Shown one piece after another: positions 37,824-47,323 of a stretch of DNA of 64,000 bases. Where the stretch lies: IMG/VR virus record IMGVR_UViG_3300027688_000004, one strand, 5' to 3'. Below the pieces are notes generated by a model that searched no databases, was not told where the DNA came from, and saw nothing but the letters and a program-made list of their open reading frames with translations. Every line of letters begins with the position of its first letter. Positions within the stretch are counted from its first letter, which is position 1. A program made the position numbers and the translations under genes. The DNA comes from an uncultured virus (IMG/VR IMGVR_UViG_3300027688_000004). Lineage: Duplodnaviria; Heunggongvirae; Uroviricota; Caudoviricetes.

Positions 37824-38348
37824 GCCAAGTGCTGAAAGTGCTGAAAATTTTCAGCACCATGCTTTTCAGCGGTTCAAAAACTATTTGGAAAAATTTTCGG
37901 AAACTAGCCGGTCCAGACTTTACAGCTTTTCCACGACTATGTAGCCTTAGAGCGCAGCATGACTGGAAGGACTGCCTAAACATCGGATGTATCTTCTCAT
38001 ACCCTTACTCTTCGGATGCGTCTTCCTCCCTTACCCGTCAGCCGCACCGAAGCATAGTTCTTTATGGCTGATTACATCAGCTGTAGCCGGTTAAGCAAAC
38101 ATCAACGGTTCCCCAAACGACGACGACGAGGGGATAAGGGAGGAGGCGGAGTCGTTTGGGAGAGGAGATAAAGGGTTAAAGAGATACATCTCTAAGGCTC
38201 TTGGGCTTTGCAAGACAAAGAATCGACGGAAAGGCTGGCACGTCTGGATTCCGCGAGCGGGGTGTACAAATGTACAAAAAATGGCATTTTCAGCGGTATT
38301 TCAGCGGTTGGTGTGAAGTAGGAAGAAGTGGTCTGTGGAGAATCTGGC

Positions 38349-38378
38349 TTGACAGGTTTGAGCCAGTGAGTAGTATAC
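38349..38378 (+). promoter_or_regulatory. Sigma70-like promoter for the HNH/primase operon
   Basis: TTGACA-16-TAGTAT. Confidence 0.45.
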
Positions 38379-38495
38379 GGTCTTGCGTCCGATTCGTGGT
38401 CGGACAAAACTGACACACGCTGGGGTAAAGCCCGGTAATTAGCCGTCTGGAAGAGCCACGAACTCCTCCAGACGGTTTTTTCATGGAGTGATGGA

Positions 38496-39014
38496 ATGCT
38501 GACCCAGGAAAGACTGAAAGAATTGCTAGATTATGACCCGGAGACTGGGGTTTTTACGTGGCGCGTGCGCACGTCAAACAGGGTTCGTGAAGGTAGCCCA
38601 GCCGGATGGAGGCGGACAGATCTGAGATGCGGAAAAACGTACATCCAGATCCAGGTGGACGATAGGACCTATAACGCCCATCGGCTTGCCTTTCTTTGGG
38701 TGGAAGGCAGTTTCCCCGAGAAGGTTACTGACCACGAAGATGGGGATGGCACAAACAACCGTTGGTCTAATCTGAAAAGGGTGAACCGCCAACAAAACGG
38801 AAGAAACATGCGACGGAGTTCAGCCAACACGAGCGGAGTCACTGGCGTGTACTGGCACAAGGCGGCGCAGAAATGGGAGGCCCGAGTCAAGGCGGAAGGC
38901 GGGTTCATCTATCTGGGCATTTTCGTTTCTAAAGACGACGCCATCGCCGCCCGCAAAGCAGCAGAACTGGAACATAACTATCACCCTAATCACGGCTCAG
39001 ACCGTCCCCTTTAG
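38496..39014 (+). CDS. HNH homing endonuclease with AP2 domain
   Basis: LLDYDPETGVFTW, AHRLAF, DHEDGDGTNNRWSNL, SGVTGVYW, YLG. Confidence 0.92.
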   Translation: MLTQERLKELLDYDPETGVFTWRVRTSNRVREGSPAGWRRTDLRCGKTYIQIQVDDRTYNAHRLAFLWVEGSFPEKVTDHEDGDGTNNRWSNLKRVNRQQNGRNMRRSSANTSGVTGVYWHKAAQKWEARVKAEGGFIYLGIFVSKDDAIAARKAAELEHNYHPNHGSDRPL

Positions 39015-39044
39015 AGTTTCCCCCAGGCCCAGAACGGAATCGTT

Positions 39045-41285
39045 ATGTCGGAGCAGGAATATCGTAATGTCGCTGTGCAGACCGCACTGTGGCTGTGCAA
39101 GCACAAGATAGAAATCTTTCCTCTAAACTATGGAGTCAAGGGGGCCGAGTTCCGCTGGAAAGAGGTATGTACCAGTGATCCTAATGCTTTCATTAGATCG
39201 GTGAAAGCTGGGCCGTTTAACCTAGCTATGACCTTTGGCCCTAAGTCCGGGGTCATGGACCTCGAACCTGATACGGAAGCTGCTGTAGAAGTGATCGAGC
39301 GGCTGATGGCGGAGAACGGGGTCAAAACCATGGCCTACCAGTCCCGGCGCGGGACGCACCGTATCTTCAAATGGTCCCCGGTTTTCATGCACTTCGGTAA
39401 GGCCGCGTTGAAAGCACATGGGCTGGACATCCGATACGGTACCTCCGACCTGACTGCCTACAGCGTTTGCCCGCCCAGCCTGCATCCGGACACGAAGCAG
39501 CACTACTTCTGGCTCCCCGGGTGTGCTCCATGGGAGATCGGTCCAGCGGATCTGCCAGATAACGTCCGGGATTACTGTCTGGCTAACATATCCGGTGGTA
39601 AGAAAGGCGGCATGGCTCTGGACGTGGACCGGACGGATGACGGCTACCTTCCGGCGGTTGGCGGGAGGCATGAGTACCTCCTAGGTTTCAGCAAACTATT
39701 ATTCTGTAACCTGCAGATGCCGACCGAGCTTTGTGTGGAACTAACTCGCACGGTCTCCCAGACCATAGGTTCTTACACAGAAGAGGGTCGTGGGGAGAAA
39801 GAACTAACTAATCTGTTTAAGGGGCTTCACCGTCCGGCCGACCCGGTCAAAGAGATGTCGGCTGTCATCAGCATGGCGACAGTCAACGAAGTCGCGAATG
39901 AAGCCTTTTCCCGGTACAATGAGACGAATCGACCCTCAGATGAGGACATCCCGAGCCATATCTTCCACCCGAAGCTGGAAGAAGCGTCACAGTGGGCCAG
40001 AAATGCCCATCTGCCAAGGAACCTGTGGCTGATGACCCTCCTGACCGCAACAGCGGCTGCGACCGGAACGGCGACGTGCATCCGCGCCAGCCCCCATCAC
40101 CCAGTTACGGGGACCCAGATCTATGCGTTTGGGGTCGGTGGGTCGGGAACTGGTAAGAGCCGGGTCCTGAAAGCCTTGCTGGCCCCCTTCACGGACTCCG
40201 AAGCCGTCGCAACGGATGCCACCCCGGAGGCTTTGACCTCCTGCCTGATGCGAAACCCGCGCGGGGTCATGCTGGAACTGACGGAAGGGAAAGAGTTTTA
40301 CAAGATGTTGGGCCGGTACTCAGCCAAAGACGATCAAGGGAGTGATAATTCGCTGTTTCACAAGTGCTGGAGCGGTGATCGGATGCGAGTTCAACGGCAA
40401 AAGCTGACTTATGCGATCGACAACCCTCATCTGGTGGTCTCTGCCGCCATCCAGCAGCTGAATCTGAACATGATCCCGCAGAATGACGTGATTGACGGTC
40501 TGATGCAGCGAATGCTACCGTATCCAATCGGTAAAGTGCCAAAGAAGACTACTAAAGAGGCTCTAGAGGCCCACGCGGCCTTCCTGATTGAGTGGGAAGG
40601 CATGGTCAAACGGCTCCGCGCGGTAAAAGTGACGCTTGGAAATCCAACTCTGACCGATCTGACAAAGGAAGTCGGGAAGCCGGTCCTTCCGACGACCCTG
40701 ACCCTGACTCCGCAGGCCCAGCAGGTCTGGGAAGACTATGCCGCGCTGAAGCGATCGGACCAGATCGAGGCTCAGTGGCCGGATCCGGAGCATCCGTTCC
40801 GCGCGGATCTGGTTCGACATGCAGAATACTCCCTGCGGATCTCGGACCTGCTGTTCTATCTCGATCTGTGCTGTGAGCCGGAGAAGTGGTATGAGTGGAA
40901 GATCGAACAGATCGATCATGCTTGGGTCGGGGACAACATCGCCCGCCGATCAATTGACTTCATGGAGTGGATCTGGGGACATAAGCAGGCCCTGCTGGAA
41001 CCAATTGTTGAAGCAGCGTTCTCCGCCGCATCCAACGGGCATCTGCTGAAGAAGAGTGAGGGGGTATCCACGAAAGTTGAAGGGTATGTCCGGGAACGAA
41101 AGAGGAGGGTTGAAACTGCAGCTGGGGAGGATTGGACCATCCGAGAGTATTACACAGCCATTCGGCTGAAGAAACGGGAAGCTGAGAAAGAAGTTGAGAT
41201 GTTCATGCGGGAGAAGCATGTAGTGATGCACGATTTGAAGGAAGGCCAGCGGGCCATTCGTTACAGTTTTACTGACATAGAGTGA
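39045..41285 (+). CDS. Primase-polymerase (PrimPol N-terminus) fused to a DUF3987-like helicase/ATPase
   Basis: IFPL, DLEPD, RRGTH, PPSLHP; Walker A GGSGTGKS; DGLMQR. Confidence 0.8.
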   Translation: MSEQEYRNVAVQTALWLCKHKIEIFPLNYGVKGAEFRWKEVCTSDPNAFIRSVKAGPFNLAMTFGPKSGVMDLEPDTEAAVEVIERLMAENGVKTMAYQSRRGTHRIFKWSPVFMHFGKAALKAHGLDIRYGTSDLTAYSVCPPSLHPDTKQHYFWLPGCAPWEIGPADLPDNVRDYCLANISGGKKGGMALDVDRTDDGYLPAVGGRHEYLLGFSKLLFCNLQMPTELCVELTRTVSQTIGSYTEEGRGEKELTNLFKGLHRPADPVKEMSAVISMATVNEVANEAFSRYNETNRPSDEDIPSHIFHPKLEEASQWARNAHLPRNLWLMTLLTATAAATGTATCIRASPHHPVTGTQIYAFGVGGSGTGKSRVLKALLAPFTDSEAVATDATPEALTSCLMRNPRGVMLELTEGKEFYKMLGRYSAKDDQGSDNSLFHKCWSGDRMRVQRQKLTYAIDNPHLVVSAAIQQLNLNMIPQNDVIDGLMQRMLPYPIGKVPKKTTKEALEAHAAFLIEWEGMVKRLRAVKVTLGNPTLTDLTKEVGKPVLPTTLTLTPQAQQVWEDYAALKRSDQIEAQWPDPEHPFRADLVRHAEYSLRISDLLFYLDLCCEPEKWYEWKIEQIDHAWVGDNIARRSIDFMEWIWGHKQALLEPIVEAAFSAASNGHLLKKSEGVSTKVEGYVRERKRRVETAAGEDWTIREYYTAIRLKKREAEKEVEMFMREKHVVMHDLKEGQRAIRYSFTDIE

Positions 41286-41299
41286 AGGGTAGGAAACAG

Positions 41300-41785
41300 A
41301 TGAGTGAATCACTATTGATTGGACAGAGTTGGGAATTGAAACTGATCGACAAGGTGGCTGACTCGATCCGTGGGTCCAACTGGCTTAACGACCCACGAAT
41401 CGCCATTCTGCAACTAAGTTATGAGTACAGCGGACTGTTCGCTCAAATACTCGCTCACCGTTTGTCGCGATATGGCGAACCGATGCCAATCGAACCTATT
41501 GACATCCCATACAAAAACGAGTTCGAAGTCGTCATACATCCCGACAAACTGGATCCCTACCACAAACTGATTGTGCTGGATTCAGGGTGTCTGACTGGTG
41601 GAAACTTTACCCGTGTCCGCGCACAGCTCATTAACTACGGATTTCAGCCAGAGGACTTACTCTTCGTTTGTTTGGCTTGTTCAAGCGAATCATCGTTCAA
41701 GCCAGATTATTGCCCAGTGATCTTTGATGGGACTAACACGATGGTTCACTTCTGGTGGGAATGTAAAACAACTAAGTTTGCATAA
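41300..41785 (+). CDS. Phosphoribosyltransferase-like protein
   Basis: PRPP-loop-like LIVLDSGCLTGGN; C-terminal PDY...FWWE. Confidence 0.5.
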   Translation: MSESLLIGQSWELKLIDKVADSIRGSNWLNDPRIAILQLSYEYSGLFAQILAHRLSRYGEPMPIEPIDIPYKNEFEVVIHPDKLDPYHKLIVLDSGCLTGGNFTRVRAQLINYGFQPEDLLFVCLACSSESSFKPDYCPVIFDGTNTMVHFWWECKTTKFA

Positions 41786-41794
41786 GGAGCAGAT

Positions 41795-43348
41795 ATGAGT
41801 ACTTACATCTACGCGCGGGTTTCGACCTTCGACCAATACGTCAACGGTAACTCCATCGACGCGCAGTGCGAGATGTGCCTGAAGCACGCAGTGAACCACG
41901 GGATGGAGATGGGAACAGAATCAAACTGTGACCTGCCCGGGGTGTTTTTGGATGGGGGCAAGTCAGCTTATACCAAGAAGCTGGCGGAACGACCCGGGGG
42001 ATTGCGGCTGTTGACAGTGCTGCAGCCGGGAGATGTTGTTATCGCGACAGCAACCCATCGCCTGTTTCGCCGGATGGGCGACATGGTTGCCACAATGGAC
42101 CACTGGGTTCAGAACAAGATCTCGGTGAGGTTCACTGACTATCCGATGCTGAACACGGATACTGCCAACGGGAAGGCTATGCTGTACATCTTTGCGGTGA
42201 TTGCCCAGATGAAGTCTGAACTGACTTCGTCCCGGGTGAAAGAAGCGAGGGCGATGTCCAGAGAGAAGCCAAAAGTGCCTGTGCAGGTACAGCCGTCTGT
42301 CCCTTTGGATACGGCAGAGCACCTTATGACGAAAGACGTAGGGAGCATCATGCAGGAGATGCGGAGGGAAGAGACCCAGAGCCAGTTCAAAGGGACCGTC
42401 CGGGCGTACATCCGCGTCTCGACGAAAGAGCAGACGGTAGAACAGCAACGCCAGTGCATAGAGCGGATGATGCCCGACGACCTGCGAGGGGCACCCATCG
42501 AGTGGTACTCCGATGAGGGGGTGAGTGCCTTCAAAACAAAGATGGTGAAGCGGCCCTCCGGATCAAAACTTCTGGAGGACCTTGAGCCAGGTGACATTGT
42601 TGTGACATGGCGGCCAGACCGGATGTTCCGGTCTTTGCTCGACATGGCGAACACCACCGAGCTGATCCACCGGAAAGGGGCCTTCTTGCTCACTGTGGAG
42701 GGCGGGATCCGCACTGACTCACCGTTCGGTAAGACGATGGTCAGTCTGCTGAGCCTACTCGCGGAAGTCGAGTCTCAGGAGATCAGCCGGAGTACAAAGC
42801 AGGGCTTCTTTGTAGCGGTAGGGGTAAGCGCGAAAGCCCGGGCAGTGTTCATGCCGAAGTTCCTGAGTAGCATGAAGGACCATCACACGCAGAAGCACTT
42901 CTGCTTCAATCGGTTCTTCACGCAGGAAGACAAGTTCAACATGCACGTCCAGCTTTCCCTGACGGGAAAGCACTACCACAGCCTGAGTTCGGCTTGCCGG
43001 GTGATTAGTAACAAGTGGCTGCGGCGAAAAGGGCTTCCAAGTATGACCGGGATCGAAAGCGAAAGTGTTGGCAGCTACCTAGCCAAAGTTCGGGAGATGC
43101 AGCAGCAGCGATTTAGCGAGCGGCGCGAAGCTCTTATCCGGGTCTTGCGAAGACGAAAAGGAAGTGACCGAGTTGTATACCCAATCAACGTCACTTCCAG
43201 CCGTAGGGTGATACCTAATCAGGATCGATTCCTACGAGCGTCCCGCCGGATCTCAGGTCGGATAAAGAACAAGCAAGCCTTGATAGCGATCGCGATCAGA
43301 GGCTCTGACCTAGAGAGCAACCTCGACCTCATCAGGAGAGTTAGCTAG
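41795..43348 (+). CDS. Serine recombinase with two tandem resolvase-type catalytic domains
   Basis: Domain 1 YARVST.DQ...RPG...HRLFR; domain 2 YIRVST.EQ...RPSG...DRMFR; basic C-terminus. Confidence 0.85.
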   Translation: MSTYIYARVSTFDQYVNGNSIDAQCEMCLKHAVNHGMEMGTESNCDLPGVFLDGGKSAYTKKLAERPGGLRLLTVLQPGDVVIATATHRLFRRMGDMVATMDHWVQNKISVRFTDYPMLNTDTANGKAMLYIFAVIAQMKSELTSSRVKEARAMSREKPKVPVQVQPSVPLDTAEHLMTKDVGSIMQEMRREETQSQFKGTVRAYIRVSTKEQTVEQQRQCIERMMPDDLRGAPIEWYSDEGVSAFKTKMVKRPSGSKLLEDLEPGDIVVTWRPDRMFRSLLDMANTTELIHRKGAFLLTVEGGIRTDSPFGKTMVSLLSLLAEVESQEISRSTKQGFFVAVGVSAKARAVFMPKFLSSMKDHHTQKHFCFNRFFTQEDKFNMHVQLSLTGKHYHSLSSACRVISNKWLRRKGLPSMTGIESESVGSYLAKVREMQQQRFSERREALIRVLRRRKGSDRVVYPINVTSSRRVIPNQDRFLRASRRISGRIKNKQALIAIAIRGSDLESNLDLIRRVS

Positions 43349-43634
43349 ACGCGAGATGGTCTAGCAGCGGTATGAAAGTATTGAGTGACTCCCGCAGGAT
43401 ATGAATCCTTCCCCCAATCCGGATTGCCCCGAGCTTGTAACGAAGCTCGGGGCATTTTTTGTTATGTATCCCAGTTGTACACCAGTTACGAACGGTGTCA
43501 TCACACACGAAGATGTTGTGAGCTGCTAGTTCAGCAACCACCTCTTTTGGGGTTACAAAAGGCGACACTGGGACTCCGCCGAAGAAACCGTGAAAACCGA
43601 AACTAGGGCTTTTGTAGTCCATTAGAGATTGCAC
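43341..43634 (-). CDS. Excisionase/MerR-like winged-HTH DNA-binding protein
   Basis: TPKEVVAEL...DTVRNWCTTG...LGAIRIGGRIHI; convergent with the recombinase. Confidence 0.65.
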   Translation of the reverse strand: MQSLMDYKSPSFGFHGFFGGVPVSPFVTPKEVVAELAAHNIFVCDDTVRNWCTTGIHNKKCPELRYKLGAIRIGGRIHILRESLNTFIPLLDHLASS

Positions 43635-43694
43635 GTCCAGCCCGAGGTAATTCTCATACGGTCGGAATGTACTCCCCCAGCTGAAGGAAAAATT

Positions 43695-44729
43695 ATGTCT
43701 CTGGTAACTCCGGCTATGCCGTCGTTCGCTGACCTGCAGTCACAAATGGGTCAGCAGCCACCTACTACACCGCTTGCTCCGTCTGGGGGAGCACTCTCGT
43801 CTCCCGCACCGGCTTCACAGCTTGGTGCGGGGGGCAGTTCCCCTCCAGCCCAACCAGCACCTTCTTACCTGTCTGAACTTGAACAGGCAGGGAAGGTTCC
43901 GGCCGGGAGGTTCAAGACCGAACGAGAATTGATTGACGCGCTGTACGGAACAGCATCGGACCTGGCCACTCAGATGGAGAGGTACGAGCAACAGGCTCCG
44001 CCAGCACAACCTGAACCACCAGCTCCGGCGGCAATCCCTCCGGCGGCTGATTTAACGAAGATGGCAACGGTCTTCCAGCAGAACGGCTGGCTGGCTTTGC
44101 AGAACGGACAATGGGTCGCCACCAACGCAATGGCAACCCAGATTGCTCAGCAGATGAACAACTCGATTCTTGAAGCTCAGGCCCGTCAGGCAGAGCTGTC
44201 TGACCCTTCGGCGTTCATCGCCAAGTACGGGTCAGACGCTATCAAGCAAGCGGTTGACCCTCTGAAACAGCAGATTGATAGGTTAGTCCAGCAGAATCAA
44301 CAACTGCAGCAGCAGTTTGAAGCTGCCGCTCCCCGTCCGGATAAGGAGTGGGTCACTTCAAATAAAGGCCAGCTGTATGCTACGGATGCTGCCGGAAAAG
44401 AAGTTCCGACTCCAGCAGGAAAAGCCTATGGGGACGCATGGGAGATGGCCCGTCGAGCCGGAATCGACGACATCGCTCAGATCCATCAATACGCTCTTAC
44501 CGTCGCTACCCCTTATCTGGCCCCAAAGCCAGTCACTCCTGCCGCCCCACCAACCCAAACTTGGATGCAGCAGACAGTTCCAACTCTCCCAGGAGTAGAT
44601 CCGAGCTTCAATGCCCCCGGATCTGTTCTCAATAGTTCTGTCCCTCCCACAGGCATCGGTATCCCTACCGGTAACGATGGGTTTCCGACCTTCCGCTCAT
44701 TACAGGCTCTTGGTCTTCAAGGCCAATAA
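43695..44729 (+). CDS. Capsid scaffolding protein (putative)
   Basis: Pro/Gln-rich, coiled-coil, directly upstream of the capsid gene. Confidence 0.6.
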   Translation: MSLVTPAMPSFADLQSQMGQQPPTTPLAPSGGALSSPAPASQLGAGGSSPPAQPAPSYLSELEQAGKVPAGRFKTERELIDALYGTASDLATQMERYEQQAPPAQPEPPAPAAIPPAADLTKMATVFQQNGWLALQNGQWVATNAMATQIAQQMNNSILEAQARQAELSDPSAFIAKYGSDAIKQAVDPLKQQIDRLVQQNQQLQQQFEAAAPRPDKEWVTSNKGQLYATDAAGKEVPTPAGKAYGDAWEMARRAGIDDIAQIHQYALTVATPYLAPKPVTPAAPPTQTWMQQTVPTLPGVDPSFNAPGSVLNSSVPPTGIGIPTGNDGFPTFRSLQALGLQGQ

Positions 44730-44742
44730 ACCGGAGTAGATC

Positions 44743-45885
44743 ATGCCAGCACTCGTACCATCAACCGTCTCGGGTACAATTAACATGGTGCGCGACCTCG
44801 CGCCCCACTACTGGAAAGGGATTTCGGACCTGACCGTCCGCAACTTCCTGACCTTCTACAACCTCCGCAAGTGGGGCTCGTTGACTTTCAACGCCCGATC
44901 CCACAGCCAAGTGTGGAACGCCCGAGTCAAGCAGCCAACGGTGCTGCCAGCCGTGGACAACCAACCGATCGAGTTCACGAACTGGGACACAGACATCCAG
45001 TACTACATCGGTGTCAAAGGATACCGTGGCTCCGACTTCCTGCCAGAGCAGGAGTATCTGCAGGCACAGGGTGCCCCTGAGCAGATCACAAACCGGTACG
45101 AGCGCAAGTCGAAAGACTTGGCTCAGTCAGTTCAAGAGCGTCTGTGTTTCGCGTACTGGAAGGACGGTAACGTCGCTGCCAATGCAAACGACTTCGTCGG
45201 TATCAAGACGCCACTGGCGTATAACGCTTCTACCACGACCGCTGCAGACCTTGTCGGTCAACCGAACGGCACTTACGCTGGTCAGGCGTGTGCGCTGGCA
45301 ACCCTCGGCGGAACATGGTCCGCAAACTTGGCTACTCCGCCAAACGCGAACCTCGCGAAGGACTGGCCTTTCGGTCAGGGGTCCAGCGAGTATGACGGCA
45401 CTTCGCCGTTGATCGTCAACTACGCAGCCACTGGCTGGGGAACTGGTGCAACTGACTGGGCGTCCAACGCCATTCAGGCAACCAGCTATGCTCAGACGGC
45501 TCTACTGCACCGCGGTGGTCAGTCCATGGTCGGTGCTCCGACTCAAGTGGCAATGGCCTCCGAAATGTTTACGCAGTTCAAGAACTCCTTCCGGGAAAAC
45601 AACCGTCAGATCATGCCGTTCAAAGACGGCGATCTGGGATATCCGGGCGAGACGATGATGGTTGACGGCATGGTCTACTCGATGGACTACGCCATTCCAG
45701 CCGGGGAAGCGTACATGTATCTTCCTCAGTACGTGGAGGCGTTCTTCCTCCACAATCAGATCTACGGGGTCATGGGACCTGAGTACAGCATCCCGCACGT
45801 CGGGTACCTGTACTACATCAGTACCTATGGGAACTTTAAGTTCCTGCCGAAGTACTTGGTACGCTTCGTTTCAGACGTAGCATGA
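44743..45885 (+). CDS. Major capsid protein (putative)
   Basis: 380 aa; position after the scaffold gene; strongly biased codons. Confidence 0.75.
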   Translation: MPALVPSTVSGTINMVRDLAPHYWKGISDLTVRNFLTFYNLRKWGSLTFNARSHSQVWNARVKQPTVLPAVDNQPIEFTNWDTDIQYYIGVKGYRGSDFLPEQEYLQAQGAPEQITNRYERKSKDLAQSVQERLCFAYWKDGNVAANANDFVGIKTPLAYNASTTTAADLVGQPNGTYAGQACALATLGGTWSANLATPPNANLAKDWPFGQGSSEYDGTSPLIVNYAATGWGTGATDWASNAIQATSYAQTALLHRGGQSMVGAPTQVAMASEMFTQFKNSFRENNRQIMPFKDGDLGYPGETMMVDGMVYSMDYAIPAGEAYMYLPQYVEAFFLHNQIYGVMGPEYSIPHVGYLYYISTYGNFKFLPKYLVRFVSDVA

Positions 45886-45965
45886 TCGTCTGATACCGAT
45901 TGGCCCGGGGGAAACCCTGGGCCCTCCCTCCTGATTCCGTTTCATTTTCAAATAAGGTTTTTACT

Positions 45966-46490
45966 ATGACCGTTACCTCACAGCAACGACTTGGCACATA
46001 CAACGCCATCGACGATGCCAACTCCCTTGGCCAGATCGGGATGTTCCAGGATCAAGATCAGACGGACATTCTGCAACCGCTGATCAACTCCGGTACGCCG
46101 ATCTATGCCATCCTAGTGAAGAATTCCAAAGGCGGCACGTTGGCCCCCGGAACCGGGGTGGTTTTCAAGTCAGGGAAGATCGGCAAGGAGGTTGACGCCC
46201 TGTCGGGTGCCAACGCAATCTGCGACGGAATCGTTGACCCGTTCGTCGTCGGGACTATCCCGGATCTGGCCTTCTTCTGGCTGATCATCCAAGGGCCATG
46301 CAAAGTCAAGGCCGCCGCAGGCGGAGTCACCCAGAACGCTGAAGTCCAGACAGCCGCTGCTGGGCTGTTCGGAGACGGTACCGCCGGTACCAACCCAATC
46401 GGTCACTGCGGCAAGGCCAATGCTACCGGAACGTCCGGCAACCTTGTCAGCATTTACTTCCGCAGTGCCTTCGCTGCGGTCCGTCCGTAA
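45966..46490 (+). CDS. Capsid decoration/cement protein (putative)
   Basis: Follows the capsid gene; Gly-rich, FFWLIIQGP motif. Confidence 0.55.
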   Translation: MTVTSQQRLGTYNAIDDANSLGQIGMFQDQDQTDILQPLINSGTPIYAILVKNSKGGTLAPGTGVVFKSGKIGKEVDALSGANAICDGIVDPFVVGTIPDLAFFWLIIQGPCKVKAAAGGVTQNAEVQTAAAGLFGDGTAGTNPIGHCGKANATGTSGNLVSIYFRSAFAAVRP

Positions 46491-46511
46491 TCCAGAAAGG
46501 TGGTGATCTCC

Positions 46512-46637
46512 TTGTCACACGTTCTCCCACTTCCAGCTCCGTCCGGCATTCACTCGCAGTCCGCTGTACAGAATGTCTACGGAACTAACCCGATCCAGGT
46601 CCCTCTGACCCCGCCGACGTCTCAAGCGTCAGGCTAA
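46512..46637 (+). CDS. Possible 41-aa peptide (TTG start)
   Basis: Extended SD AGAAAGGTGGTGATC; fills the gap between genes exactly. Confidence 0.35.
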   Translation: MSHVLPLPAPSGIHSQSAVQNVYGTNPIQVPLTPPTSQASG

Positions 46638-46642
46638 GCCAG

Positions 46643-47323
46643 ATGACCGAAACGGATCAATCCGGGCAGGCAGCTACACACTGCCTGCCCTTTTCGTTGG
46701 TATTCAAAGGGAAACATCTGTGCCCGGTCTGCGGGCTCCCCTTCTCCCCACAAAACTTCTCCCCCAGAGGACTTTGTATGAAATGCACTGAGGAAGTTAA
46801 GGTAGCTGGAGCCATCACAATACTGGCTTCTAAGGTCCCCCAGCGGGGCTTCAAAGACGCGATAGACGCTGTCCGACGAATGGGTCGTCCACTGACGCTG
46901 GATATTGCTGAAGGGGCCATGGACGACCTCGGAGGGGCAGCCCAAGTGGGCCAGCGGATTGCTTTCGACCTGAAGCAGATGAGGGGAGAACATCTGCCGG
47001 AAGAACTGAGACAGTTCCACGACCCCGACTACAAAATCATCAAGGGGATGTACGAGTCCATCCTCCGGCTCGCGACAGAGCGGGACAAGCTGGTGGGTGA
47101 AGTTGGAGACCCGCTTGACGGTCTCTCCGAAGAAGACCTGATGGCGATAGCTTCCCAAGCTGCTATGATTCGAATCGAGGTTGACGCCGACTTCAGAAAG
47201 CAGTTGTTGTCTGCAATTGTGAAACTCGACCCAGAGGCGGTACTGGCAACGGCTGAGGAAGCCCTTGATCTTGTAATATCAGGTCCCCGGGTTGAGGTGC
47301 TGAAAGATGGCGAACCTATTTGA
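46643..47323 (+). CDS. Putative terminase small subunit with N-terminal Zn ribbon
   Basis: CPVC...CMKC; LDGLSEEDL motif; upstream of TerL. Confidence 0.45.
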   Translation: MTETDQSGQAATHCLPFSLVFKGKHLCPVCGLPFSPQNFSPRGLCMKCTEEVKVAGAITILASKVPQRGFKDAIDAVRRMGRPLTLDIAEGAMDDLGGAAQVGQRIAFDLKQMRGEHLPEELRQFHDPDYKIIKGMYESILRLATERDKLVGEVGDPLDGLSEEDLMAIASQAAMIRIEVDADFRKQLLSAIVKLDPEAVLATAEEALDLVISGPRVEVLKDGEPI

